Shown: positions 8,968 to 19,166, numbered from the stretch's first letter. The stretch is 64,000 nt of DNA from Saccharofermentans sp. (GCA_024695505.1 JAILIB010000135.1:19966-83965), one strand, 5' to 3'. Notes: generated from the sequence alone by a model not told the origin. Numbers and translations are program-made.

Positions 8968-10593
8968 ATGAGAAGAGGCGGAGGCGTTCTTATGCATATC
9001 AGCTCACTCCCGGGACCGTTTGGTACGGGCGTGATCGGACAGGAGGCAATCGACTTTGCAAAGCAATTGGCTTCACAGGGGATGAAATACTGGCAGGTAC
9101 TGCCGTTCTCCTATCCCGGCATGGGCAATTCACCTTATCAGAGTTTCTCGGCATTTGCAGGCAACTGGCTTTTCATCGACCCCAGAAGACTGGAGCAAAG
9201 AGGCCTTCTTACACCCGCTGAAGTTCAGCAGGCAGAGTACACCCAGAACAAGTGGAGAATCGACTACGATTTCTTAAGGACCAACAGGGATGAGCTCTTG
9301 AGAAAAGCGTTTGACAGAGCTGATAAGGACCTGCTCTCCAAGGCTGAGAAGTTCATTAAGGAGAATAAGTGGGTTCAGGATGTTGCAGCTTACCAGACGG
9401 TTAAGGATGCTGACTTCGGCAAGCCCTGGTGGGAATGGTCTGACGTAAGACTCAGAAATTACGATAAGTCGGCTGTATCCGAGCTTAAGAATGATCCCAA
9501 TTACAAATATCACGGTTTTGTACAGTATCTTTTCTTCGATGAGTGGGCTCAGGTCAAGAAGGAGATCAATGATCTCGGCATAGCCATCATCGGCGACATC
9601 CCGTTCTACGTATCAGGCGATTCTGCTGACGTATGGGCCGGAAGGGATTTGTTCAAGATGGCAACTCCTGCAAGGGTCAACAAGGTCCTCAAAGAATATG
9701 AGAAGGCCATGGATAAGTATAAGAAGGCTCTCGAAAAGGGTGAGACCGATAAAGACGGCGAGCCTTTGAAGGAACCCAGAAAGCCGAAGCAGGAAGCACT
9801 TATTTTCGAGAGCGTTGCAGGAGTTCCGCCGGATTATTTCTCCGCTGACGGGCAGCTCTGGGGCAACCCCATCTATGACTGGAAGAAGATGAAGGAAGAC
9901 CACTATGCATGGTGGATGAGCAGACTTGAAGATAACTTCAAACTCTTCGATTACTTAAGGATCGACCACTTCCGTGCATTCTCTTCTTACTGTGAGATCG
10001 ATGCTAATGCCGACAATGCCAGAGACGGAAAATGGATCAAGGGTCCGGGTCTCGATTTCTTCGATGAATACGACAAAAAGTTCAAGGACAGATCACGCCT
10101 TATAGCAGAGGATCTCGGCGAAGTAACGCCTGATCTGGCTGAGTTTATGGGCAAGGTCGGAATCCCCGGAATGCGCGTTATGGAGTTCGCATTCTATCCC
10201 GGAGACAACAGTTCGTTCCTGCCTCATAACTTCGACGATAACTGCGTTGCTTATACGGGAACACACGATAACACTACGCTGCTCGGATGGCTCTGGGACA
10301 GCCCTGAAGAAGTCAGAAAAACATGTCTTGAATACTGCGGATTTACCGGTGATAACTGGGGCGACGGAGGCAGCCACAGCGGCTCTTGCAGAGCGATAAT
10401 CAGGACTTTGTGGATGAGCCATGCAAGTGTTGCGATAATACCGGTCCAGGATATGCTCGGATACGGCGGAGACACGAGAATGAACATTCCCGGAACGCCT
10501 ACAGGCAACTGGGTCGTAAGGTTTACAAAGGAAGATTTTGATTCAATAGATAACGACTGGTACAAGAACCTCAACCGCATATATTTCAGATAA
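8968..10593 (+). CDS. malQ: 4-alpha-glucanotransferase (GH77)
   Basis: GVLMHISSLPG, WQVLP, SPY, GVPPDYFS.DGQLWGNP, RIDHFR, AEDLG, YTGTHDN, RMNIPGT. Confidence 0.96.
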   Translation: MRRGGGVLMHISSLPGPFGTGVIGQEAIDFAKQLASQGMKYWQVLPFSYPGMGNSPYQSFSAFAGNWLFIDPRRLEQRGLLTPAEVQQAEYTQNKWRIDYDFLRTNRDELLRKAFDRADKDLLSKAEKFIKENKWVQDVAAYQTVKDADFGKPWWEWSDVRLRNYDKSAVSELKNDPNYKYHGFVQYLFFDEWAQVKKEINDLGIAIIGDIPFYVSGDSADVWAGRDLFKMATPARVNKVLKEYEKAMDKYKKALEKGETDKDGEPLKEPRKPKQEALIFESVAGVPPDYFSADGQLWGNPIYDWKKMKEDHYAWWMSRLEDNFKLFDYLRIDHFRAFSSYCEIDANADNARDGKWIKGPGLDFFDEYDKKFKDRSRLIAEDLGEVTPDLAEFMGKVGIPGMRVMEFAFYPGDNSSFLPHNFDDNCVAYTGTHDNTTLLGWLWDSPEEVRKTCLEYCGFTGDNWGDGGSHSGSCRAIIRTLWMSHASVAIIPVQDMLGYGGDTRMNIPGTPTGNWVVRFTKEDFDSIDNDWYKNLNRIYFR

Positions 10594-10603
10594 GGAGAGG
10601 CAT

Positions 10604-12142
10604 ATGAGATACATCCTTTGCGTCGATCAGGGAACTACTTCCACCAAGGCATTTCTTCTTGATGAGAACGGAAATCTGTCTAGCGGCACGCACGTGCCAT
10701 TCAAGCAGTATTATCCGCAGCCCGGCTGGGTAAGCCACGACGCTGAGGAGATATATGTATCGGTCCTTAAGGCCTGCGCCATGATCCTTGCCGAGCATCC
10801 TGAAGCAAAAGGCAGCATCGCCGGAATGGGTATCACTAACCAGCGTGAGACAACGGTCGCTTTCTCACCTTCAGGCAAGCCTTTTTCCAAGGCTATAGTA
10901 TGGCAGTGCAGAAGGACTTCGGATATCTGCAGACGCCCTGAGATAAAGGAACAGAGCAGAAGGATAACTGAGATAACAGGTCTTAAGATCGATCCTTATT
11001 TTTCAGCTACGAAGATGATCTGGTTCTTAGAAAACATCAGGAGTTTAAGAGAGCGCTGTGCCATGGGCGAATGCTATCTGTCAACGATCGACGGATTCCT
11101 GGTTTATAGACTTACCGCCGGCAGATCTTATGCTTCAGATTATTCGAACTGCTCGAGAACGATGCTCTTTGATATTGCGCAGAAGAAGTACGATCCGGAG
11201 TTTTTGGACCTGTTCGGGATCCCCGTAAATACTCTCGCAAAACCGATGGAATCCTGTGCCGATTACGGTGAGATATGCCTTAAGGAAGACTATCTCAGAG
11301 ATAACGGCTTTACTGATGATGAGATCGAACTTCTCCTCTCGATAAACGGTGTTCACATCACGGGTGTCTTAGGTGACCAGCCTGCAGCTCTCCTGGGCCA
11401 GAACGCAATAAACAAAGGCGATTCCAAGACAACATACGGTACGGGAAGCTTCACTCTGATGAACCTCGGAACAGAGCCCGTTTTCTCCAAAAACGGACTT
11501 CTGACATCCTGCGCATGGTCTATTAAGGGCGTGACAAATTATGCTCTGGAAGGAAGCATCTTCCAGGCAGGTTCTGTTATCAGCTGGCTTAAAGACGAAT
11601 TGGGATTTATCGAAAATCCTAAAGAATGTGATGATTTTTGCAATTCCATTGAGGATTGCGGCGGTGTATATTTAGTTCCGGCATTCACGGGACTGGGCGC
11701 ACCTTACTGGAAGCCTGATGCAAGAGGAATCCTGACAGGTCTAACCAGAGGAACAGGCAGAGCCCAGATCATAAGAGCCGGTGTTGAATCGATCGCATAT
11801 CAGGTTACAGAACTGGTAAATCTCATGACCGATGACACGGGAATCAAAGCAGGCCGGATGAAGGTCGACGGCGGAGTCTGCGCAAGCAGCTTCCTCATGC
11901 AGCTTCAGTCCGATCTCTTAGGTGTCACGATCACGAGAGCATTAAGCGATGAGATGACTGCCATGGGTGCAGGACTTGCCGCAGGAATTCAATCAGGCTT
12001 GTTTGAAGACCTTGAACAGACGAGCAGGTTCTACAAGGCCGGTGCTTCTTATGAACCGAAGATGTCCGCATTTGAAGTATCGGAAAAGATGGAGGGTTAC
12101 CGTTCTGCAGTAAGAGCAACACTTCTTACAAGCAACGACTGA
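10604..12142 (+). CDS. glpK: Glycerol kinase (FGGY family)
   Basis: DQGTTS, GITNQRET, IVWQCRR, DPYFSATK, GDQ.AA, TYGTG, VPAFTGLGAPYW, VDGG. Confidence 0.88.
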   Translation: MRYILCVDQGTTSTKAFLLDENGNLSSGTHVPFKQYYPQPGWVSHDAEEIYVSVLKACAMILAEHPEAKGSIAGMGITNQRETTVAFSPSGKPFSKAIVWQCRRTSDICRRPEIKEQSRRITEITGLKIDPYFSATKMIWFLENIRSLRERCAMGECYLSTIDGFLVYRLTAGRSYASDYSNCSRTMLFDIAQKKYDPEFLDLFGIPVNTLAKPMESCADYGEICLKEDYLRDNGFTDDEIELLLSINGVHITGVLGDQPAALLGQNAINKGDSKTTYGTGSFTLMNLGTEPVFSKNGLLTSCAWSIKGVTNYALEGSIFQAGSVISWLKDELGFIENPKECDDFCNSIEDCGGVYLVPAFTGLGAPYWKPDARGILTGLTRGTGRAQIIRAGVESIAYQVTELVNLMTDDTGIKAGRMKVDGGVCASSFLMQLQSDLLGVTITRALSDEMTAMGAGLAAGIQSGLFEDLEQTSRFYKAGASYEPKMSAFEVSEKMEGYRSAVRATLLTSND

Positions 12143-12146
12143 TTGA

Positions 12147-13076
12147 ATGATCCAGGTTTATATAGTTTTCTTCAAGATATTCGTATTCTTGGTCCTTGGC
12201 TTTGTCTTGAACAAGACAAAAGTCATTAACAGCACATCTGAGAGGGCCCTGTCGGATATCCTTCTTAAAGCGGTCCTGCCGTTCATGATCCTTAATTCCA
12301 GCCAGCATACGTATTCAACGGATGCCGTGAACGGAATGATCACATGCGCAGCAGTTGCCATAGGTTATTATGCGGTCTCGCTTCTGATTTTGAGGCTGTC
12401 TCTCAGCAAGGTCAATATCCTCGAAGATGAGAAGAGGATAATGATCACTTGTACGGTTTTCGCGAACACGGGATTTGTAGGATTCCCTCTGATGGAATCG
12501 CTCTTCGGCAGTTACGGATTATTGCTCGCGGCGGTCTACAATCTCTGTTACAACCTGTTCTTCTATACATATGCTGTTTATCTGTTTTCCCGAAAACCGC
12601 GCTTTGCACTCCTTGATATGTTCAAGAGCACGGTATCTGTCGCCTCGATCCTTGCGATCGTTCTGTTCATTATCCCTTGGAGAATGCCGGCTTTTATTTC
12701 CGATACATTCAAACTCCTTGGCGATATGACGGTTCCTCTGTCCATGATGGTCATGGGCTCCATGCTTGCAAGTGTTAATATCAAAAAGCTCCTGACGGAC
12801 AAGAAGGCATATGTCGTATCTGCCTTAAGACTTATCGTGCTGCCGGGCATTGTCATGGGCGTGGTCATGCTGATCTCGAATTGGATCACTATTGCACCGG
12901 AGACCAAGAGCGTTATAGTTCTTATGACGTCTCTGCCCTGCGGATCCATGAATGTTATATTTGCAGAGAACAATGACGTAGCGCCGCATTTCTCAGCACG
13001 CACGGTATCATTGTCTATGGTATTCATGCTCGTCACGATAATGTTCTGGACGTGGGCTGTAAAAACTGTATTCTAG
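12147..13076 (+). CDS. AEC (auxin efflux carrier) family transporter
   Basis: About 10 TMs; ANTGFVGFP and VPLSMMVMG repeats typical of the family. Confidence 0.85.
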   Translation: MIQVYIVFFKIFVFLVLGFVLNKTKVINSTSERALSDILLKAVLPFMILNSSQHTYSTDAVNGMITCAAVAIGYYAVSLLILRLSLSKVNILEDEKRIMITCTVFANTGFVGFPLMESLFGSYGLLLAAVYNLCYNLFFYTYAVYLFSRKPRFALLDMFKSTVSVASILAIVLFIIPWRMPAFISDTFKLLGDMTVPLSMMVMGSMLASVNIKKLLTDKKAYVVSALRLIVLPGIVMGVVMLISNWITIAPETKSVIVLMTSLPCGSMNVIFAENNDVAPHFSARTVSLSMVFMLVTIMFWTWAVKTVF

Positions 13077-13094
13077 AGTTAAGGGGAATGGAAA

Positions 13095-13838
13095 ATGAGT
13101 GAGAATTCCAACAAGATCGACAGGATCGAGAACGAGAAACTGGTAGAGCTCCTGGGAAGTATTCGTCAGGATAATTCCGAAGAGAATATGATCGCGGTCC
13201 TTAAGGAAGCTGCAGTTGCAAAATTCCTGGTTCCCGTTGACGGAACAGAAGGCGATTACAGATTCCACGCTGTAAGCGATTCCAAGGGCTTAAAGTACAT
13301 GGTCGTATATTGCGACTCTGACAGTTTTGAAGTCGCTTATGAGGATAAAAAAGAGCCGCAGAACGGCGTTGTAGCAGGTTTTGCGGACCTCATCGATGTC
13401 GTTATGGCACCTAAGATGGACCTTTCCGGTTTTGTTATCAATCCGGGTTCCGAGCAGGTCTTATTCGGCAAAGATATGCTTAAGATGATCGCCTCACAGA
13501 TGGGTATCGGAGGTGACGGCACAGCAAAGGTCGGAGAACCTGACCGCTATCCGCCGGAATTGAAGCAGGCACTGATAGGATATCTTCAGATCGAACCCAC
13601 CGTATCTAAGATCTGGGTAAGACTTATGCGCGAGAACGGCACTGACCGCCTTATCTGGCTTATCGTTGCTGATGCCGAAGGTGAGGGAGAACCCCTTAAG
13701 TACACGCTCGAGAATTTGAGGAAGTATTGCCTTCCTTATCTGGATAACATGGATGCGATGGTCGTATCTGACAAAGAAGAATTCGCCTCGAAGGTCATCG
13801 CAGGCGTTAAGCCTTATGTAACAAGGGATGAAACTTAA
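13095..13838 (+). CDS. SseB-family protein (SseB N and C domains)
   Basis: AKFLVPV...GFVINPG, then KVGEP..YP..LK and a two-domain layout. Confidence 0.7.
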   Translation: MSENSNKIDRIENEKLVELLGSIRQDNSEENMIAVLKEAAVAKFLVPVDGTEGDYRFHAVSDSKGLKYMVVYCDSDSFEVAYEDKKEPQNGVVAGFADLIDVVMAPKMDLSGFVINPGSEQVLFGKDMLKMIASQMGIGGDGTAKVGEPDRYPPELKQALIGYLQIEPTVSKIWVRLMRENGTDRLIWLIVADAEGEGEPLKYTLENLRKYCLPYLDNMDAMVVSDKEEFASKVIAGVKPYVTRDET

Positions 13839-13840
13839 TA

Positions 13841-14497
13841 ATGAGTAAAGGTAAGACAGGTCTTATAGTTCTTACAGTTCTTGCGGCAATGTTTTTCCTG
13901 TTTGTCGCCATCCTTTTCGGGTCCAGCCAGAAGAGGCAGGCTGCAATTGACAGGAATGGTGAACTTAACGACAGACTGGATCTTTTTACCGAGACGGATC
14001 TTAGGATCTACTGGATCGGGGAACCATACAAGGAACTGGAGCGCTTGTCTTCAGGTATTACCGTTGTTCCTGCAGAGACAGCATCCAAAGATAATCTCCC
14101 TATCAAGGGACCTTCGTTCCACACTTCAGAATATAACCCGGACGGCACGCTTGTGGCTGAGAATATTCCGATCGATTACCCCAGATACATGCTCATTATC
14201 ATCACGGGAACTCCTCAATTCACGGAAGACGGCAAGGCTGCACTCCTTGATGCAGTGGCCAATAACGGCGTTCCGGTCCTGGCAATAGGTGACGATGCGG
14301 CAAGTGCATTGGCCGGGATCCTCTCATACAAGCGTTTCCATACGGGCCCGGGGAGCTCGCTTTACTACTGTCTGGGCAAGGGTTATAAGGAGGCTCCGCT
14401 CCCGGAAGATGCCGTTATCAGCGGCGGAATGGACCTTGCCGAACTTATCCCCGATCTGATATCACTTGCAATGACAGATTACGAACCGAGAATCTGA
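13841..14497 (+). CDS. Hypothetical membrane-anchored protein
   Basis: 218-aa ORF with N-terminal hydrophobic segment, 2 bp after the SseB gene. Confidence 0.7.
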   Translation: MSKGKTGLIVLTVLAAMFFLFVAILFGSSQKRQAAIDRNGELNDRLDLFTETDLRIYWIGEPYKELERLSSGITVVPAETASKDNLPIKGPSFHTSEYNPDGTLVAENIPIDYPRYMLIIITGTPQFTEDGKAALLDAVANNGVPVLAIGDDAASALAGILSYKRFHTGPGSSLYYCLGKGYKEAPLPEDAVISGGMDLAELIPDLISLAMTDYEPRI

Positions 14498-14515
14498 CAG
14501 TATTTGCTGTCTTTT
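14496..14515 (+). terminator. Short intrinsic terminator
   Basis: gacagta-tt-tgctgtc followed by tttt. Confidence 0.5.
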
Positions 14516-14552
14516 GCGCTCGAAAATGTGCGAAAATTACTCCTCCTACAGT

Positions 14553-14581
14553 TTGACACGCTTTTGTAATAATTATAATAT
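14553..14581 (+). promoter_or_regulatory. Sigma-A promoter for the xpt operon
   Basis: TTGACA 14553-14558; TATAAT 14574-14579 (15-bp spacer) or TAATAT 14576-14581 (17-bp spacer). Confidence 0.65.
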
Positions 14582-14620
14582 ATGAAGGTGTTTTGATATC
14601 CATTTGGGGAGGTGGTTCAT

Positions 14621-15193
14621 ATCCGCGAGTTAGAGCAGAGGATCCTTGCAGAAGGACAGATCCTGCCGGGCGAAGTACTCAAGGTAGGAAGCTTTCTTAA
14701 CCAGCAGATCGACACCAGACTCCTAATGGACATGGGAGAGGAAATCGCGAGACTTTACAAAGACGCAAATGTCACTAAGGTCCTGACGATCGAGTCTTCG
14801 GGCATCGCCATTGCTTATGCCGCAGGACTTGCCATGGGACTTCCCATTGTTTTCGCGAAGAAACATTCGAGCCTCAATGTAGCAGGCAATATCCTCACAT
14901 CCCGGGTTTATTCCTATACACATCAGCAGACTTATGACATCGTGGTATCGGGTGATTACATCACTAAGGATGACACGGTGCTTATTGTTGATGATTTCCT
15001 TGCCAAGGGCAACGCACTTAAGGGCCTGATCGAGATCGTCGAACAGGCCGGCGCCAAGCTTGCCGGATGCGCCATCGCCATCGAGAAGGGATTCCAGGGC
15101 GGCGGAGACGAACTGCGTGCAAAGGGAATCAGGATAGAGTCATTGGCCATTATAGACAGCATGTCCGATGATTCACTCGAATTCAGATCGTAA
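14621..15193 (+). CDS. xpt: Xanthine phosphoribosyltransferase (start probably ATC 14621; alternative GTG 14612)
   Basis: VLKVGSFLNQQID, TIESSGIA, FAKK, VLIVDDFLAKG, IEKGFQ.G. Confidence 0.95.
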   Translation: MRELEQRILAEGQILPGEVLKVGSFLNQQIDTRLLMDMGEEIARLYKDANVTKVLTIESSGIAIAYAAGLAMGLPIVFAKKHSSLNVAGNILTSRVYSYTHQQTYDIVVSGDYITKDDTVLIVDDFLAKGNALKGLIEIVEQAGAKLAGCAIAIEKGFQGGGDELRAKGIRIESLAIIDSMSDDSLEFRS

Positions 15194-15255
15194 GCGATCT
15201 GCTTAAACTACGATATGCAATGCCTTTGCATATAAAAATTTGGAGGAGGCAGTTT

Positions 15256-16455
15256 ATGAGAAAACTAATTTCAATGCTGGTAGCTGCTGTCTTAACAGTT
15301 ACATCAGTCTTTGCTCTTGCGGGCTGTAGCGGAGCAGAAGGGGGTAAGGCATCTGACTTCAAGGTAGGTGCTATTTACATCAACAGCCAGAACGACACAT
15401 CAGGTTATACTTATGCGCATCACAAGGGTATCACCGAAGGTATGAAGAAGGCAGGTCTCGATCCGGAGAAGGATCTGTTCATCGTTGACAACGTACCTGA
15501 GGACAAGGAGAAGGTTAAGCAGGCGATCGACCAGCTCGCTGGTAACGGATGCAACATCATCTTCGGTATCAGCTTCGGTTACATCGATGCATTCGAAGAG
15601 AAGGCTTCCGAGTATCCGGACATCATCTTCTCACATGCAACAGGATATAAGTCCAACGATACAAACTTCAATAACTACTTCGGAAGAATCTATCAGGCAC
15701 GTTACCTCGCAGGTATCGCTGCAGGATATAAGTCTATCGAACTCGGCAACAACAACATCGGTTACGTATCAGCATGGGGTACAGAATACGCTGAGACATG
15801 CTCCGGTATCAATGCTTTTGCTATGGGTGCAATGGCAGTTAATCCTGAAGCAACAGTAAGCGTTTATGAGATCTCCACATGGGGCGACCAGGAGAAGGAG
15901 AGACAGGCTGCTGAGCTTCTTATCGACACATACGGATGCGGAGTTATCGCACAGCACTGCGACTCTGCCCAGCCTCAGATCGTAGCTAACGAGAAGGGCG
16001 TTTTCGGATGCGGATACAACTCAGACATGACAGCTGAAGCTCCTAATGCACACCTCACAGCTCCTATCTGGAATTGGGATGTTTACTATGCAACAGCTAT
16101 CAAGGCAGCTATGACAAGCCCTTCAACATTCATGAAGGATGTCGGAAACTACTATGAAGGTCTCAACGTTGACATGGTTGACGTATCTGCTCTTTCTGCA
16201 AACTGCACACCTGAGACAGCTGAAGCAATCAACCTTGCTAAGGATCTTATGAAGTCAGGCGACTGGGATGTATTCTCCGGCGTTAAGCTCACATTCTCCG
16301 GTGCAGCAGGTTCTGTTGCAGTTGACAAGGCAGATGCTGCACTTGTTACAAATGACGGTACTGAGATCGTTGCAGCAGGCGGTGCTTCCGTTGATGACGG
16401 AGTTATCCAGGGTTCAATGAACTATTACGTAGAAGGCGTTACACAGGTTAACTGA
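15256..16455 (+). CDS. BMP-family ABC substrate-binding lipoprotein (purine/nucleoside)
   Basis: Lipobox LAGC, GYTYAH, SFGY, YQARYLAGI.AG, W.D..KE, QHCDS; SD GGAGG before ATG 15256. Confidence 0.9.
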   Translation: MRKLISMLVAAVLTVTSVFALAGCSGAEGGKASDFKVGAIYINSQNDTSGYTYAHHKGITEGMKKAGLDPEKDLFIVDNVPEDKEKVKQAIDQLAGNGCNIIFGISFGYIDAFEEKASEYPDIIFSHATGYKSNDTNFNNYFGRIYQARYLAGIAAGYKSIELGNNNIGYVSAWGTEYAETCSGINAFAMGAMAVNPEATVSVYEISTWGDQEKERQAAELLIDTYGCGVIAQHCDSAQPQIVANEKGVFGCGYNSDMTAEAPNAHLTAPIWNWDVYYATAIKAAMTSPSTFMKDVGNYYEGLNVDMVDVSALSANCTPETAEAINLAKDLMKSGDWDVFSGVKLTFSGAAGSVAVDKADAALVTNDGTEIVAAGGASVDDGVIQGSMNYYVEGVTQVN

Positions 16456-16488
16456 TAACGTTTAAGAGAACTTAAAGAGAGGTGTTTT

Positions 16489-18063
16489 ATGGAGTTTGCC
16501 ATAGAGCTAAAGGGAATATCTAAAAGCTTTGGTCCCGTGGCGGCCAATAAAAACATCAACTTATCTCTTGCCAAGGGTGAGATATTAGCTCTCTTAGGCG
16601 AGAACGGTTCAGGCAAAACGACACTTATGAACATGCTGTCGGGCATCTATATGCCCGACAGCGGTTCTATTTTTATCGACGGAAAAAAGGTAGAGATCAA
16701 CTCACCTGAAGATTCCAGCAAATTGGGAATAGGAATGGTCCACCAGCACTTCAAGCTGGTCGAGAAGTTTACGGCTCTCGAGAATATCAGGATCGGAATA
16801 AGGAATGAGGGACGCCTGGTTCATGGAGCGGACGTCCGCAAAAAGATTGAAGATACAGCTGCTAAATTCGGCTTTGAAATAGATCTCGATAAGAAGGTCG
16901 CCAACATGGCGGTCTCCGAGAAACAGACATTAGAGATACTTAAGGTCTTATGCTACGGCGCGAAAATAATCATCCTGGATGAACCTACTGCGGTTCTTAC
17001 CGTTCAGGAGATCGACAGACTTTTCGCGGTGCTCAGAAAGATGAGAGAAGACGGGCATTCGATCATAATCATCACACATAAACTCAATGAGGTTATGGCC
17101 ATATCTGACAGAGTCGCCATCTTAAGACATGGCGAATACATCAGCACGGTCGTAACAAAAGAGACAGACGAGAAGACATTAACGGAACTCATGGTCGGCC
17201 GTAAGATCTCGCTTAACATCGACAGGCCCATCATGGAGAAGACACATCCTCTTCTTGAGATCCGTGATCTGACGGTTAAGAATGACGAAGGCGCTGTAGC
17301 GATCGATCACATCAACTTCTACATCAGAGGCGGCGAGATGCTCGGTGTTGCAGGTATCGCAGGCTCCGGTCAGAAAGAACTCTGTGAAGCGATCGCGGGA
17401 CTGCGCAAGATCGAAGAAGGACAGATGATCCACGAAGGCGAGAGCATTGTGGGAATGTCACCTAAGAAGATCTTAGAGCACGGAATCTCAATGAGCTTCA
17501 TCCCTGAAGACCGTCTGGGAATGGGTCTTGCTCCTTCGCTGTCCATCACGGATAACATGATCCTCAAGAATTACAACGAGGCTAAGGGTATCTTTGTTGA
17601 CCGAAAGTCTGCAAGAGCAGAAGCACAGAAAGTCATCGACAGACTTGAAGTCATCACGCCTTCGACTGAGACGCCCGTAAGACGTCTTTCAGGCGGTAAC
17701 GTCCAGAAAGTCCTCTTGGGCCGTGAGATAAAATCCGGACCTAACGTTCTTGTTACCGCATATCCCGTAAGAGGTCTTGATATCAATTCTTCTTACACGA
17801 TCTACAACATCCTGAATGAAGAAAAGAAGAAGGGCGTAGGCATCCTTTTTGTCGGTGAAGACTTAGATGTCATGCTCGAACTCTGCGACAAGATAATGGT
17901 AATCTGTCACGGCAGACTTCAGGGTGTCGTCAACAGCGATCACACGACAAAAGAAGAGATCGGCCTCATGATGACAGGTACGATCAATATCGTTAACAAA
18001 GAAGGTAAAACCGACGGTATCGCTAAAGATTCCGCTTTTACAGATGAGGAGGGCAAAGCCTAA
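16489..18063 (+). CDS. CUT2/nucleoside ABC transporter ATP-binding protein (two ABC domains)
   Basis: GENGSGKT, MVHQHF, LDEPT, IPEDR, LSGGNVQK. Confidence 0.93.
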   Translation: MEFAIELKGISKSFGPVAANKNINLSLAKGEILALLGENGSGKTTLMNMLSGIYMPDSGSIFIDGKKVEINSPEDSSKLGIGMVHQHFKLVEKFTALENIRIGIRNEGRLVHGADVRKKIEDTAAKFGFEIDLDKKVANMAVSEKQTLEILKVLCYGAKIIILDEPTAVLTVQEIDRLFAVLRKMREDGHSIIIITHKLNEVMAISDRVAILRHGEYISTVVTKETDEKTLTELMVGRKISLNIDRPIMEKTHPLLEIRDLTVKNDEGAVAIDHINFYIRGGEMLGVAGIAGSGQKELCEAIAGLRKIEEGQMIHEGESIVGMSPKKILEHGISMSFIPEDRLGMGLAPSLSITDNMILKNYNEAKGIFVDRKSARAEAQKVIDRLEVITPSTETPVRRLSGGNVQKVLLGREIKSGPNVLVTAYPVRGLDINSSYTIYNILNEEKKKGVGILFVGEDLDVMLELCDKIMVICHGRLQGVVNSDHTTKEEIGLMMTGTINIVNKEGKTDGIAKDSAFTDEEGKA

Positions 18064-19166
18064 TGAGAAAGTATCATCTGGTAAGAAGAGCGGATGCGCA
18101 GTTTAAGAGAACACTTATCTACTATGCGATCGGAATCCTTGTATCACTTACGATCGGTGCGGTGATACTTGCCGCTCTTGGAATTAATCCATTTGAGTAT
18201 TACGGAAGAATGTTTTCGATAGGTCTTATCGGAAACAGATACGGATATAAGAGCATCGAAGGACTTCTGAAGATCTTTGTTCCGCTCCTTATAACATCAC
18301 TTGCTTTAAGCCTGTCATTCAAGATGCGTTTCTGGAATATCGGAGGTGAGGGCGAATTTTTGATCGGTGCCATCGCCGCATCAATTGTTGCGTTCAACTG
18401 TTCCGGTCTTCCGAATTTTGTAACCGTTCTTCTGATGTGTCTTGCGGCAATGATCTCGAGCGGGATCATCGGTATCGCAGTAGCTGCTCTGAAGGTTAAG
18501 TTCAATACCAATGAGACCCTCATGACGCTGATGCTTAACTACATAATGCTCTATGTGATCAGGTACTTAGGTGAGACAAAGGCTGAATGGAATTTCTTTT
18601 TGGAAGAAGAATCAGAAAGACCCATCTTCGGAACATTCCCCGAGACTGCTTTTATGGGCGGCATTCCTATCGGACCGTTCAAACTTTTGTGGTCCGTGAT
18701 CTTTGCGGTTCTTCTTACGGTTATTGTCTATGTTTATCTTAAATACACGAAGCAGGGTTATGAGATCTCCGTTGTCGGCGACAGCAGCGCTACCGCTAAG
18801 TATGCCGGCATGAGCGTAGGTAAGATCGTTCTGCGCACGATGTTCATATCATCAGCTTTGATCGGACTTGCAGCCGCATTCACGGTATCTGCCGCAGGAA
18901 CCATATCTGACACGATCACAAATGACGTAGGATGGACGGGAATCATTGTTGCATGGCTCAGTAAGCTCAGCATTCCTGCAGTATTCGTCACGGCTGTCCT
19001 CATCTCCATCCTGCAGTACGGATGCCAGGCTGCTGCAACACAGTATCCTGCCATCGACATAAACTACGCAGATCTTTTGCAGGGACTGATCCTGTTCTCC
19101 GTTTTGGTTGCAGATTTTGCTGCCAACTTCAGAATCGTAAGAAAGGAGGACGCAAAGAATGCTTGA
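18063..19166 (+). CDS. Nucleoside ABC transporter permease
   Basis: WNIGGEG, NETL.TLMLNYI, T..GYEI..VG, GW.GI.VA.L. Confidence 0.9.
   Translation: MRKYHLVRRADAQFKRTLIYYAIGILVSLTIGAVILAALGINPFEYYGRMFSIGLIGNRYGYKSIEGLLKIFVPLLITSLALSLSFKMRFWNIGGEGEFLIGAIAASIVAFNCSGLPNFVTVLLMCLAAMISSGIIGIAVAALKVKFNTNETLMTLMLNYIMLYVIRYLGETKAEWNFFLEEESERPIFGTFPETAFMGGIPIGPFKLLWSVIFAVLLTVIVYVYLKYTKQGYEISVVGDSSATAKYAGMSVGKIVLRTMFISSALIGLAAAFTVSAAGTISDTITNDVGWTGIIVAWLSKLSIPAVFVTAVLISILQYGCQAAATQYPAIDINYADLLQGLILFSVLVADFAANFRIVRKEDAKNA

Noticed and set aside
14498-14611. Purine riboswitch before xpt
   Set aside because: No aptamer core motifs, and the leader is too short
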